From NCBI GenBank assembly GCA_036677675.1, contig JAVBWC010000042.1, positions 354-64,353 on the forward strand: a stretch of DNA of 64,000 nt, given 5' to 3'. Within the stretch, counting starts at the first letter, position 1. Each line of letters begins with the position of its first letter. The notes below the pieces were generated by a model that was not told the origin of the DNA, did no database searches, and worked only from the letters and a program-made list of their open reading frames with translations. A program made the translations under genes and the position numbers. This DNA comes from Clostridiaceae bacterium (GTDB taxonomy: Bacteria > Bacillota > Clostridia > Clostridiales > Clostridiaceae). Below are positions 32,149 through 42,808 of this stretch, piece after piece.

Positions 32149-35100
32149 CTAAGTTCTATCAAAAAGTTGAATTAATTCTTCTTTTGTTAATTTATTTAAC
32201 ATATTATTATCTTTAAGTTCTCCTGTAATTATACTATCAATTAACTGCTTCTTATGTTCTTGTAATAAAATAATTTTTTCTTCTATTGTCCCTTTTGCAA
32301 CAAGCTTAATTACCTCTACTATATTTCTTTGCCCGATTCTATGAGCTCTATCTGTTGCTTGATTTTCCACTGCTGGATTCCACCATGGATCAAAATGAAT
32401 AACCAACTTTGCTGAGGTTAAATTAAGTCCAGTTCCTCCTGCCTTTAATGAAATTAAAAATACCTTTACCTTATTATCATTATTAAACTCATTTACTAAT
32501 TTAATTCTTTCTTTAGGTCCAGTAGAGCCATCTAAATAAAAGTATTCAATACCTTTTTCTTTTAATGATTTACCTATTTTATTTAAAGCAGAAGTAAATT
32601 GAGAAAATAGTAATACTTTCCCCTCTACAGCTATCTGTTCTTCTACTAATGCCACTGCAACTTTAAGTTTTCCATTTCCACCTTTATATTTATCAAATAT
32701 AAGAGAAGGATCTAAGCAAATTTGCCTTAGCTTTGTTAAGTAAGAGAAAATTTCTATTTTACCATAAAAATTATTTTTAATTTTTCCTCTCACCTCTTTT
32801 ATATAAGCATTATATATTGCTTTTTGAGCTGCTGTCATTTCAATTAGTATTTTCTTTTCTATTTTATCTGGCAAATCTTCTATAACTTCTTTTTTAGTTC
32901 TTCTTAAAACAAAAGGTTTAATTAATAATTTAAGAGTTTCTAACTCCTGCTCACCTTTAGAAATAAATTTCTTATCAAATATTTCTTTAGAATATAAATA
33001 CCCTGGCATTATAAAATCAAATATTGACCAAAGCTCTGTTAAATTATTTTCAATTGGAGTTCCTGTTAGTGCAAACCTTACTTTTGCTTTAATTTCTTTA
33101 ACCACTTTTGAAATTTGAGCTGTAGGATTTTTTATATTTTGTGCCTCATCTATAAAGATATAATCAAATTCAATATCATTATAATTTTCAATATTATTTC
33201 TTAAAGTACCATAAGTGGTTAAAATCATATCATATTCTTTTAAATTATTTATTACATTTTCTCGAACTGTTTTAGCTCCATGTGCAATTCCAACCCTTAA
33301 AGTAGGAGCAAACCGTTCTATCTCCTCCTTCCAATTATAAATCAAAGAAGTTGGAGTAATTATTAAAGATTTTTTATTGTCTTCTGATGTAAGAAAGGCT
33401 ATTGTTTGAATTGTTTTTCCAAGTCCCATTTCATCTGCTAAGATACCTCCAAATTCTAACCTACTTAAATTCTTAAACCATTTAAATCCACTAACTTGAT
33501 ATTCTCTAAGTACCACTTTTAAATTCTTAGGCAAAGTTATTTTTTCACTACTTATGTCAATTAATTTATTTTCTATATCCTTTAACAAATCACTACCCTT
33601 AATTAATTTAAAATCTATATTTTTTAAACTTTCTGCTATATACAAGCTTTTACTTTTCTCTACCTGCACTGAATCATTTTCTATATTTTTATCAATATTT
33701 AATATATCAATTAAATTTAAAAAATTTCTTACACCATCATCTTCAAAATCGATAAACCCATTATTTTTGGTTTTATAAAATCTGTTATTAGACTTATAAC
33801 TTTCAAATATATTGTCTAGTTCTGCTCTTTCAATATTCCCAATATTATAATGAAGCTTAAAATACATATCTTCTTCATATAAATCAACTTCAATAGAAGA
33901 TGATTTGTATACTTTTATATCCTTAAGATGTTTTCCTAAAATAACAGTCCCTAACGAAGGTATACCATCTTTTCTCTTACTCAAAATATCAAAAAGTTCC
34001 TCATCTCCCCCTATAAACAGGAGTCTATCTTTTCTTCTAATAAACTTGTAATATTCAAGCCTCATAAGAACTTTTTCTTCCTTATTAAAATCTCTTATAA
34101 ATTGTTTTTTCTTTTTATCCTCTTCTAATATATTAATTCTTTCGTTACAATAAATTGCTTGCACATCACAATAGATATTTGACTTTTCTTTATAAATTAA
34201 AAACTCAAACTTCAATAAATTAGATATAAATCTTTTTACAGTTTCTGTGATTGTAATATTATTTGAAATACTACTTATTAAAGAAATAATTGCATTATAA
34301 TTTCCTATGGTTTTTTTATATGAAATTTCACCTTTTGTTTTAAAAATATCATATAACTGACTAAATTTTTTAATTTGGTCTTCTGAAGGTAAATAAATCT
34401 GCCTATTAAAAAGATATACATCTTTGTTTGTATTTAAAGGAATAGGAAGCTTATTATGAATTTTTAATACCAATTGTTCATTTTTCTCTTTTAATATACA
34501 ATTAAGTGGTAAATCCTTCTTAAAAATATTTGTCTTATATTCTATCCCATTGTATTTAAAATTAATTTTACTTTCACCAATACATTCCAAAAATTCTCTT
34601 AAATCATTAGGATTCAGTATTAACTTTCTACTTGAGAATTCTATTCCTTTATTTTTATAAACGCATTCTTTAATAACCTCTATAATTTTCACATCATTAG
34701 GGGAAATGATATGCTCACTAGGATTATATGTAAATTGATTATTGAAAAAAATACTTTTTTTATTTTCTAAATCAAGAATAAATTTTTTTAAATCATTAAT
34801 TAGATACTTATTCCTAAGTCCTAATCGAAATTCTAATTCGTAATTAGCTGAATCTTTCCAGGGTTTATAAATTACATTTACATCAATACCTATTTCAATT
34901 TTTTTAGCCTTATCTCCATGCAATTTTTTAAGAGGTTTATTTCCTATAGCCTTTTTCTTATAGGATAAATTTAAAAATTTATATCCCGTAGCAGTTAAAT
35001 GCTCACACATAAATAATTTTTTATTTATAGAAAACTCCTTAAAATTATCACAAGTACATCTTACTCCCTCTATTTTTTTACTTAATAAATTTATCTTTAT

Positions 35101-35283
35101 ATGAGTTTTAAATTCTACTTCATCAATATGATTTAGTATATCTCCATAGATATGATATATATTTTCTATTTTTTTACCTTTAATATTAGACACTAATCCA
35201 TTCTCCAAAACCTCTTCTCCCATTTTTCTCATCAAATTGGAAGAGGGTTCGAAAATTATTTGTTCTAATTCTTTTAAGTTCAT
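32149..35283 (-). CDS. SWIM zinc finger / SNF2-family helicase
   Basis: CTC...CEH SWIM motif, LADEMGLGKT, DEAQ, LTGTPIENN and DRAHRIGQ motifs. Confidence 0.92.
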   Translation of the reverse strand: MNLKELEQIIFEPSSNLMRKMGEEVLENGLVSNIKGKKIENIYHIYGDILNHIDEVEFKTHIKINLLSKKIEGVRCTCDNFKEFSINKKLFMCEHLTATGYKFLNLSYKKKAIGNKPLKKLHGDKAKKIEIGIDVNVIYKPWKDSANYELEFRLGLRNKYLINDLKKFILDLENKKSIFFNNQFTYNPSEHIISPNDVKIIEVIKECVYKNKGIEFSSRKLILNPNDLREFLECIGESKINFKYNGIEYKTNIFKKDLPLNCILKEKNEQLVLKIHNKLPIPLNTNKDVYLFNRQIYLPSEDQIKKFSQLYDIFKTKGEISYKKTIGNYNAIISLISSISNNITITETVKRFISNLLKFEFLIYKEKSNIYCDVQAIYCNERINILEEDKKKKQFIRDFNKEEKVLMRLEYYKFIRRKDRLLFIGGDEELFDILSKRKDGIPSLGTVILGKHLKDIKVYKSSSIEVDLYEEDMYFKLHYNIGNIERAELDNIFESYKSNNRFYKTKNNGFIDFEDDGVRNFLNLIDILNIDKNIENDSVQVEKSKSLYIAESLKNIDFKLIKGSDLLKDIENKLIDISSEKITLPKNLKVVLREYQVSGFKWFKNLSRLEFGGILADEMGLGKTIQTIAFLTSEDNKKSLIITPTSLIYNWKEEIERFAPTLRVGIAHGAKTVRENVINNLKEYDMILTTYGTLRNNIENYNDIEFDYIFIDEAQNIKNPTAQISKVVKEIKAKVRFALTGTPIENNLTELWSIFDFIMPGYLYSKEIFDKKFISKGEQELETLKLLIKPFVLRRTKKEVIEDLPDKIEKKILIEMTAAQKAIYNAYIKEVRGKIKNNFYGKIEIFSYLTKLRQICLDPSLIFDKYKGGNGKLKVAVALVEEQIAVEGKVLLFSQFTSALNKIGKSLKEKGIEYFYLDGSTGPKERIKLVNEFNNDNKVKVFLISLKAGGTGLNLTSAKLVIHFDPWWNPAVENQATDRAHRIGQRNIVEVIKLVAKGTIEEKIILLQEHKKQLIDSIITGELKDNNMLNKLTKEELIQLFDRT

Positions 35284-35415
35284 TTTCTCACCACTTTTTT
35301 TATTTCTCCTCTTTATTTATATCCTTTTATAAGAATAAAATAAAGACCAGGAAAATGCTGGTCTTATTTTATATATGGTGAAAACCATACTTACTCTTAT
35401 ATATAACCATTTATA

Positions 35416-35853
35416 TTAACCCAATAAACTTTTTACCATAGGATTAATTTTTGATCTATCAAATTTACCATTAACTTTTGGCATAATTTCTTTCATTATT
35501 TTACCCATATCTGATGATGTATAGCTTCCATTAGCTATAATTTCTTTTAACATATTCATTACTTCTTCTTCACTTAATTGTTCTGGAAGATATGGAGTTA
35601 AAACTTCAAGAGCAAAATTTCCTTCGGCTATTTTTTCTTCATCATTTACTTGCTTAGCGTATTCTAAAGCTTCTCTTATTTGTTTTATGTTCTTTTCTAT
35701 TATTTTGATAACACCTTCATCAGAAATAGTTTCTCTTTCATTAACTTCAAATGCTTTAATATCTGCACTTACTAATCTTAAAGTACTTACTCTTGCCTTA
35801 TCTCTTGCCTTCATTGCTGCTATTTCATCTTTTTTTAATAGTTCTTTTAACAT
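35416..35853 (-). CDS. GatB/YqeY domain protein
   Basis: AAMKARDKARVSTLR, YLPEQLSEEE and DMGKIMK motifs. Confidence 0.88.
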   Translation of the reverse strand: MLKELLKKDEIAAMKARDKARVSTLRLVSADIKAFEVNERETISDEGVIKIIEKNIKQIREALEYAKQVNDEEKIAEGNFALEVLTPYLPEQLSEEEVMNMLKEIIANGSYTSSDMGKIMKEIMPKVNGKFDRSKINPMVKSLLG

Positions 35854-35940
35854 AATATGTAGTTAGTAGACTTTGCCTCCTAACTATTCACCTCTTTTCT
35901 CTAGAATAATTATATTTAAATTATACCAATATTACACATA

Positions 35941-36060
35941 AAGTGAAACTTAATTTAAATGAAGTTTTTACTCCATCTAAATTCGCACTGTGTGTAAGCC
36001 ATGAACATCAAATCACAAATTTGAGTTCTCTGCTTAAATTGAACGAATCTAGAGATTTTA
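35941..36060. repeat. Probable clostridial extragenic palindromic repeat
   Basis: Imperfect hairpin aatttaaatgaagt-tttt-actccatctaaatt; resembles intergenic repeats recalled from clostridial genomes; single copy here. Confidence 0.3.
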
Positions 36061-36135
36061 CAATAAACATTCCATCATAAAAAAAGTATCACTTTTTAGT
36101 GACACTTCTTATTTTTGTAAAGTCAATCATAAACT

Positions 36136-36363
36136 CTATTTATATTCATTCTGTTTTGCTATTGCTTCATCTTTAATTTCTTCTCTCATAGCAGTAAGAG
36201 ATTCTTCTCTTCTACGATTTTTTGCTTCCAATGTTTTTTTAGTTTTATAATCATCTGTTTTTTCAATCATTTCTTCAGCTAATTCAACATTTTGTATAAT
36301 CTTACCAATATTATATTCAATTCTATCTACATTATCTCTTCTGTCATCTTTATTGTGTTTCAT
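36136..36363 (-). CDS. tlp: Small acid-soluble spore protein Tlp
   Basis: DDRRDNVDRIE, KNRRREES and EIKDEA motifs; ATG at 36363 after AAAGGAG. Confidence 0.85.
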   Translation of the reverse strand: MKHNKDDRRDNVDRIEYNIGKIIQNVELAEEMIEKTDDYKTKKTLEAKNRRREESLTAMREEIKDEAIAKQNEYK

Positions 36364-36428
36364 AGTTTTCTCTCCTTTGCTGAACATATATTTAGGTGTA
36401 ATTTATTATATACAAACACCTCATATTT

Positions 36429-36457
36429 TATTATGTCTATAACTATATTTGTTATTC
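36429..36457 (-). promoter_or_regulatory. SigG-like promoter of tlp
   Basis: Minus strand GAATA-N17-CATAATA. Confidence 0.55.
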
Positions 36458-36527
36458 AACAAAATAATCTATGTATTGAGAATTTCCTATTTTTTAATAA
36501 GCGAAACACTATACTATATATTAATTT

Positions 36528-37670
36528 TTATTTCTTATTTTTTATTTCGTTTATTCTTCTTTCGGCAGATGAAGCATAATTAGATTTTGGATAACTATCT
36601 TTTACTTTTTGGAAATATACAAGAGCATTAGTATTATCTTTAGTTTCTTCATAACATATACCTATCTGATAAGTAATCCATGGCATAATATCCAAGCTTG
36701 GATCAATTTCAGAGGCTATTTTTAGTTTTGGTAGTGCTTCCTGATACTTTGCTTCCTTGTATAATCTATTCCCTTGATTATATATAGTCCACAAGGCATT
36801 TACTTTTATATCTGCCCATAGTTTATCAAATTTTATTTTTGTTTCATCATCAAAATTCATATTCTTCATATTTATTAGAGTACCAGCAGCTTTTTCGTAG
36901 TTACCCTCCTTAGAGGATTTTTCAACCTCATTTAACATTGTTAAAATATCCTGCTTATTCTTATAAATATCATATTTATTTTTATAATTGTCTAGTTCTA
37001 ATTTTGTATCTTCTAATTTTCTTTGAATATCTTCATATTCCTCATATGATATGGCATTTTTTTCAGATAAGGTTTTATTTTCCTCAGTATTTTCACTTGT
37101 TTTTTCCTTAGAATCAACTACTTTATTAATAACCTGCACTTTTTTCCAAACAGTTTGAAGCTTGGATGGGACACCATTGATTACAATAAAACCTACTATA
37201 CCAAAGATTAAAATTGATAACCCTGCAATAATCTTTCCTCTTAAATATTTGCTTAAAATAGACTGATTCTTTTTATTATTTGAACTAGCTTTAACTCTTT
37301 TAATAGCATCTATTGTTTTATCCATAGTTCTTTGAATTATTAAATTTTTTAAATATTCCTTTGCTAAGTCACTGTATATTTCATATTTGTCCAGCTTTTT
37401 AAATGTTTTTTCTGCCCTTCTATATTCTTTCTTATTAACATAACATAATCCCAAAAGCTTTATTGCTTCAGAAAAGCTTCGATTATATGATAAAGCCTTT
37501 TTTAAATCCTTTATAGCTAAATCTAAATTACTTGCTTTTATCTCTGCAATAGATTTATTATATAAAATAATAGACTTTATAATCTTATCATTAACTCTAT
37601 ATTGTTTTAATTCCATGTCCTTTAAATTGATTGGTCGTATCTTTTTTATTTCCAAATCAAAATCAAACAA
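36528..37670 (-). CDS. Membrane-anchored tetratricopeptide-repeat protein
   Basis: N- and C-terminal TPR-like helices (AIKLLGLCYV, ITYQIGICYEE), central TM and coiled coil. Confidence 0.8.
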   Translation of the reverse strand: MFDFDLEIKKIRPINLKDMELKQYRVNDKIIKSIILYNKSIAEIKASNLDLAIKDLKKALSYNRSFSEAIKLLGLCYVNKKEYRRAEKTFKKLDKYEIYSDLAKEYLKNLIIQRTMDKTIDAIKRVKASSNNKKNQSILSKYLRGKIIAGLSILIFGIVGFIVINGVPSKLQTVWKKVQVINKVVDSKEKTSENTEENKTLSEKNAISYEEYEDIQRKLEDTKLELDNYKNKYDIYKNKQDILTMLNEVEKSSKEGNYEKAAGTLINMKNMNFDDETKIKFDKLWADIKVNALWTIYNQGNRLYKEAKYQEALPKLKIASEIDPSLDIMPWITYQIGICYEETKDNTNALVYFQKVKDSYPKSNYASSAERRINEIKNKK

Positions 37671-37748
37671 GTAGCTTCCTCCTTAAAATTCTACAAGTAT
37701 CACTTAGTTAGTAATACTATAAGTTAATACTGGTAAAATAAAATAAAA

Positions 37749-37792
37749 TAAGTTATATATACTTAAATTTTAATTTAAGTATATATAACTTA
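37749..37792. terminator. Perfect 21-bp AT-rich inverted repeat
   Basis: taagttatatatacttaaatt-tt-aatttaagtatatataactta. Confidence 0.5.
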
Positions 37793-37903
37793 TACTAACA
37801 AATTATGACATATAATTCAACAAAAAGTGATAATGGTAAATCTTAAAGTAAATTAATCTATATTTAAATTATAAATCTTATTAAAAACACTCGTTGTATT
37901 ATT

Positions 37904-37929
37904 TAGGTAACTGTTACCTTTTAAAAATT
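37904..37929. repeat. 26-bp direct repeat, left copy, flanking the second ger operon
   Basis: taggtaactgttaccttttaaaaatt; 24/26 identical to 41989-42014. Confidence 0.75.
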
Positions 37930-37967
37930 TGTAATTCTTAATAATATTTCCTGTTTTAAAATTACAT

Positions 37968-39076
37968 TTACTTTTTAGCACATATAATTATTTTTTTTAC
38001 TCCTAAAGCAAAAAAAAGTAACAAAGGTACTCCAAAATCAATTGGAAGATAAAAGTACTGACATACATGTTCTCTTAACCATAAAAAGAATACATCGTTA
38101 TGACCTATATAATATGTAAAAATTATCAGCATTAAACCAAAAGTAATAATAATGAATGGGCTTTTCTTCTTTATTCTAGTGCTTTGCATAAATGCCGTTA
38201 AAGAACATGATGCAAAAATTCCTGCTTGAATCATTATACTCCAGTACCATAATGCAACCATAAATGATTCAAAACGGTGAAGATATTTAGTGATCTGAAT
38301 AGCTCTTACAAAATCCATACTAGCAATTCTCATCATTGCTACGACCTGAGGCCCCATGACCATCAATTCAACAACAAAATAGAAAATAAAAAAAAGACCT
38401 CCGATGGACAAACCTGAAATCGCTGTACCAATAGCTTCTTTCTGATTATTCACCATTGGCAGAAGCATTCCTACAAGTACTGAAGAAATACCTATAAATG
38501 TATCAGTATATATACTGGCTTTAAATACAGGCACAATCCCTGAGTCAAAAATAGGCGTAATCCTATCAATATTTATTTCAGAAAGGGAAGCCATAAAGAC
38601 TAGTAAATAAAAAATTACAGCCATTCCAAAGGCAACATTGCTTGTTCTTGCAATAACTTCAGGTCCTTTCCATACTAAACAGCATATTACGAAAACATGC
38701 AACATAGTCACCACCAAAAAAGGTGTTTGTGGCAACAGAAAACCCGTAAGATGATGGACGTACATTGTTATTGAACTGGAAGAAGCAATGAAAAAATATA
38801 TTGCAAGCACCATTCCCAAAGCTTTCCCCAATACCCCCCCAGTAAATTTGTACTATATTCTGCTATTGTTTTTCCCGGAAATTTTTGTCCTACACGGATA
38901 ATAATTACAATAAACGGGAGTACAGTAAGTACACTTATAAGCCCACTTATCCACATATCCGAACCTATCTTTCTAGCTAAAATACCACTCCCATAATTGA
39001 TTGTTGCAGGCCACATAATACAAATCAGAATATTTCTAAACTGCTTATTACTAATGAGTTTCTTTTCTTTACTCAT
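37968..39076 (-). pseudogene. GerB-family germination protein split by a 1-nt frameshift
   Basis: ORFs 38768-39076 and 37968-38831 are the N- and C-terminal parts; adding one G to the G7 run (C7 at 38834-38840) fuses them. Confidence 0.8.
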
Positions 39077-39102
39077 GTGTTTGTACTCCTTTACTACAAA
39101 TA

Positions 39103-40263
39103 TTACTTATTCATTTTTATTGGCTCTAGCGGCTTTGCTAATGATACATGATTGATATCAGCTTTTACAACAATATCAACATCACTACTTGTAAAAATAT
39201 TCTTCCAGTTTGAAGATAACTGATGCCATTCTTCCTTATGTTGTCTGTGCAATATACGACTTAAGCTTAGAAAGTCTATATGTGAATCCTTTGCAATTGT
39301 AATTATAGATTGTATATCCTTGTAAACAGCTTTCTCCAGTGACTTAGACAGCTCATTCAACTTCTGATTTTTGTTAAAATCAGTACAACATGATTGTTCT
39401 ACGATACTGGCATTTACTTTAAGATTAATCACAAAATGTGGAATACCCTTATCTAAATAACTTTCATATGATGATTTAGCATCTTTTATTTCCAACGTGA
39501 CAAGCATATTATCCTCCGGGCAATTGACAACCATTATAGAATCTTTCATTCTATTTTTAATCCATAAAAGACCTCTTGTCTCCTCTTCATTCAGTGAAAC
39601 AACTACTTTATTTGTATCAAAAACATATGCACCACTTGTTTTTACAATTGAATGTGATTTTGACTTATCAAGAACAATTCTTGAAGTTACTGGACCCACA
39701 TTGGGATTAAGATAGTCCTCAAGAAAATCTTTAAGCATTATGCTATAAGACTTACCTGTTAAATTTTCAGTTTCAATTATTTTTTCTAAATATAAGGCTG
39801 GGTCTTGTTCCATCTCAGGCACAATCTCAATAAGCTTTCCTGCATCTTCTTCTGGAGTAACTGCAATTAATGTTCTTAAACGGAGCTCCGGATTTCGTGC
39901 AAAAAAATCAAATATTTCAAGAGTATCGCTTCTTGCCAACTTCTCACTTATAATTATTACCTTAATATGAGCCCAAAAGATGCGGCGAGAAGATATAGAA
40001 GCCATATTACGTATTGCTTCAAAGATCGTTTTGCCGGTGCTGGATATAATCCAAAAAGGTTTATTTTGAGTACTCACAGAACCTGACGGTGTTTTACTGA
40101 AAGTCTCAGGATCTGCAATTTGCGCTGTTACCTTAAATCCATAGTCAGTCTTATCTAAGGCAATGCTTAATACAAAACCAAGTTCATTGATTTCCCTGGC
40201 ATTCCAACAGCCCGTCAGCAAAAGTGAAGGTATAAGAATTAATACAACAGCTATTTTTCTCAT
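39103..40263 (-). CDS. Ger(x)C family lipoprotein
   Basis: Lipobox LLLTGC-WNAREINE and IFWAHIKVIIISEKLA motif; ATG at 40263 after GGAGAGG. Confidence 0.92.
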   Translation of the reverse strand: MRKIAVVLILIPSLLLTGCWNAREINELGFVLSIALDKTDYGFKVTAQIADPETFSKTPSGSVSTQNKPFWIISSTGKTIFEAIRNMASISSRRIFWAHIKVIIISEKLARSDTLEIFDFFARNPELRLRTLIAVTPEEDAGKLIEIVPEMEQDPALYLEKIIETENLTGKSYSIMLKDFLEDYLNPNVGPVTSRIVLDKSKSHSIVKTSGAYVFDTNKVVVSLNEEETRGLLWIKNRMKDSIMVVNCPEDNMLVTLEIKDAKSSYESYLDKGIPHFVINLKVNASIVEQSCCTDFNKNQKLNELSKSLEKAVYKDIQSIITIAKDSHIDFLSLSRILHRQHKEEWHQLSSNWKNIFTSSDVDIVVKADINHVSLAKPLEPIKMNK

Positions 40264-40291
40264 ATAAACCTCTCCTTTTATTTTAAACAAG

Positions 40292-41884
40292 TTATTTATT
40301 ATCATTATCTGGCTCCGGTTTCATGTTATTTCCCATCCTTCTAAATCCTTTACGTGCTATATAACTTGGAAGATAATTCATTGCCCACCTGTGATATCTA
40401 ATCACAATATCTCTAAATTCATTTTTCTTTGATGATGTAAAAGGCTCCATATAACTTACCCCGAAAGAACGTAGACTATTTAAATGAATAATGATTATAC
40501 TTAATCCTGCCAGGATACCAGGTAAACCAAGTATAGAAGCCATCAGCATCAAAGGAAATCGTATAAGACGTCCTGATGCTGCTGCATTAAAGGCTGGAAT
40601 GGCAAAGGAACTAATCCCTGTTAAGGCCACTACAATTACCATTGCTTGAGAAACAATGCCCGCTTGAACTGCAGCCTGGCCTATTACAATACCTCCAACT
40701 ATGCTAACGGCCTGACCTGCCTGTTTAGGCAAGCGCAGACCTGCCTCCCTTAAAATTTCAAATGTACCTTCCATTATAAATGCCTCTCCTATGCTGGGAA
40801 ATGGTACACCTTCACGAGAAGCCGCAATTGACAATGCTAAAGTAGTAGGAATCATTTCCTGATGATAACTTGTGAAAGCAATATACATTGCTGGAAGAAT
40901 AACTGAAATAAAATAAGCCACAATTCTAATAAACCTTGTCAAAGTTGCAATTGAAGAACGTTCGTAATAATCATCTGCTGATTGGATAAACTGAAAAAAA
41001 ATTGTTGGAACTATCAAGACATGAGGAGTTGTATCTACAAGGATAGCCACCCTTCCCTCAAGTATTGCTGCTGAGACCTTGTCAGGGCGTTCAGTGTACT
41101 CTAACTGTGGAAAGGGAGATGAAGGATTATCTTCTATTAACTCTTCAATATAACCGCTTTCAAGTATACTGTCGATTTCAATCCGTCCTAACCTATTTCT
41201 AACTTCATTTATTATACCTTCCTTTGCTATACCTTCAAGGTAGGATATTAATACCTTTGTTTTAGTTTTTGTTCCTATTATTAATAGTTCCATTCTTAAA
41301 TCAGGGCTTTTAATACGACGTCTTATTAGGGCAATATTTTTTTCAATATTTTCTGTAAAACCATCTTTGGGTCCTCTTACCACATTTTCAGCATTTGGTT
41401 CAGAAATTTCTCTATCCTTCCATCCTGTACTTCCAACTATAAGTACTTTGTCTACTTTGTCTATTAGTAATATTGTATTTCCATCAATCAATTGAGCTAA
41501 TATATTATCAACATCAGATTCTTCATTTACATAGATACTTGCTATGCCATACTCTTTTAGTATTTGAAAAAGCTCACTATTATCTGTGGCATTATTAAAC
41601 TTACTATTTGACATCAATGCCCCTATAATGTGTTCATTAACAAGTTCTCTTTCAACCAAACTCTTGATCAAAATAACTGCTGCTTTTATTTTGGTACCTG
41701 GAGAAATAGTGAATTCTCTGACTATTATGTCATTGGCAAAACCCATCATCTTTTTTATCATTTCAATATTAGAAGTTATATCTAAGGAGAGTTTTATCTG
41801 CTTCGTCAATTTTTTTTCAGATCTCTGATCTTGTTCTATAATTTTATCTTGTTCGATATTATGGAATATTTTTAAAGTTGATAT
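40292..41884 (-). CDS. GerA family germination protein; start either TTG 41809 or ATA 41884
   Basis: RGPKDGFTE, SPFPQ, TERPDKV, REGVPFP and LREAGLRLP motifs; strong RBS precedes the in-frame ATA. Confidence 0.9.
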   Translation of the reverse strand: MSTLKIFHNIEQDKIIEQDQRSEKKLTKQIKLSLDITSNIEMIKKMMGFANDIIVREFTISPGTKIKAAVILIKSLVERELVNEHIIGALMSNSKFNNATDNSELFQILKEYGIASIYVNEESDVDNILAQLIDGNTILLIDKVDKVLIVGSTGWKDREISEPNAENVVRGPKDGFTENIEKNIALIRRRIKSPDLRMELLIIGTKTKTKVLISYLEGIAKEGIINEVRNRLGRIEIDSILESGYIEELIEDNPSSPFPQLEYTERPDKVSAAILEGRVAILVDTTPHVLIVPTIFFQFIQSADDYYERSSIATLTRFIRIVAYFISVILPAMYIAFTSYHQEMIPTTLALSIAASREGVPFPSIGEAFIMEGTFEILREAGLRLPKQAGQAVSIVGGIVIGQAAVQAGIVSQAMVIVVALTGISSFAIPAFNAAASGRLIRFPLMLMASILGLPGILAGLSIIIIHLNSLRSFGVSYMEPFTSSKKNEFRDIVIRYHRWAMNYLPSYIARKGFRRMGNNMKPEPDNDNK

Positions 41885-41938
41885 AATAAAACCTCCTTTA
41901 GCACAACTAATTACAGGTTTATTGTTCGTTAATATAAT

Positions 41939-41967
41939 TAGTATTATTCACATATAAAGATTTATGC
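41939..41967 (-). promoter_or_regulatory. SigG-like promoter of the second ger operon
   Basis: Minus strand GCATA-N17-AATACTA, same boxes as at 8072-8101. Confidence 0.55.
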
Positions 41968-41988
41968 AGTTAAAGGTAATTGCATATT

Positions 41989-42014
41989 TAAGTAACTGCT
42001 ACCTTTTAAAAATT
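41989..42014. repeat. 26-bp direct repeat, right copy
   Basis: taagtaactgctaccttttaaaaatt. Confidence 0.75.
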
Positions 42015-42086
42015 AAGTATCTTTTATTTTTTTCTAGATATTATATAATATTAATATAATATGTTTCAGGGAGGTTTCAGTTTTTT

Positions 42087-42551
42087 ATGAATAATATACT
42101 GACAGAAGAAAATATAAAAAAATTAAGAGAAGAATTAGACTATAGAATGACTGTGAAGAGAGCCCAAATAGCAAAAGAAAAATTAGAGGCTGCTGCACAT
42201 GGGGATAGATCAGAAAATGCAGAATATAAAGAGGCTTGTAGAAACTATAGAGAAAACGATAATAGAATTCAATATTTATTAACTATGATTTCAACAGCAA
42301 CTGTAATAGATGATGCAAAGGTTGATAAATCAATATTAGGAATTAATAGTAAAGCTAGAATTAAATTTATAGAAGATGAGGATGAATCTATTATATCATT
42401 AGTAACTACTCTGGATTCATCTCCTGAAAATATGTGTATAAGTATAGAATCAGATTTAGGAAAAGCGTTATCAGGTAAAAAAGCTGGAGACATAGTTGAA
42501 GTTGATGCTCCAGGAGAAAAATATACAATAGAAATATTGGAACTACTATAA
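42087..42551 (+). CDS. greA: GreA/GreB-family transcription elongation factor
   Basis: AHGDRSENAEY acidic tip and ISIESDLGKALSGKKAGD C-domain; may be a secondary paralog. Confidence 0.8.
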   Translation: MNNILTEENIKKLREELDYRMTVKRAQIAKEKLEAAAHGDRSENAEYKEACRNYRENDNRIQYLLTMISTATVIDDAKVDKSILGINSKARIKFIEDEDESIISLVTTLDSSPENMCISIESDLGKALSGKKAGDIVEVDAPGEKYTIEILELL

Positions 42552-42631
42552 ACATATTTCTTAACTTAAAAATAGATGGCTCAAAACGCCCACAACTCAG
42601 GCTACTTATCATATAATTATTTAAAATGGTA

Positions 42632-42662
42632 AAAAGCTCTTGACATTACTGTTAAGAGCTTT
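42632..42662. terminator. Terminator after greA
   Basis: aaaagctctt-gacattactgt-taagagctttt. Confidence 0.6.
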
Positions 42663-42808
42663 ATTTGATTAAAGGAATTTGACTAGATTTTATATGGCAG
42701 GCAACCTCTATAAAGAAGGTTAATCCTGCCTACTGCAATCAAAACAAACTTAATAATTTAACATGAGATAACTATACATGAAGAACCAGCTGCTCATAAA
42801 TAAGCTTA

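Noticed and set aside
42696-42730. GC-rich hairpin ggcagg...cctgcc as a riboswitch or att site
   Set aside because: No match to a riboswitch I recognise and no second copy; probably a terminator for the island operon
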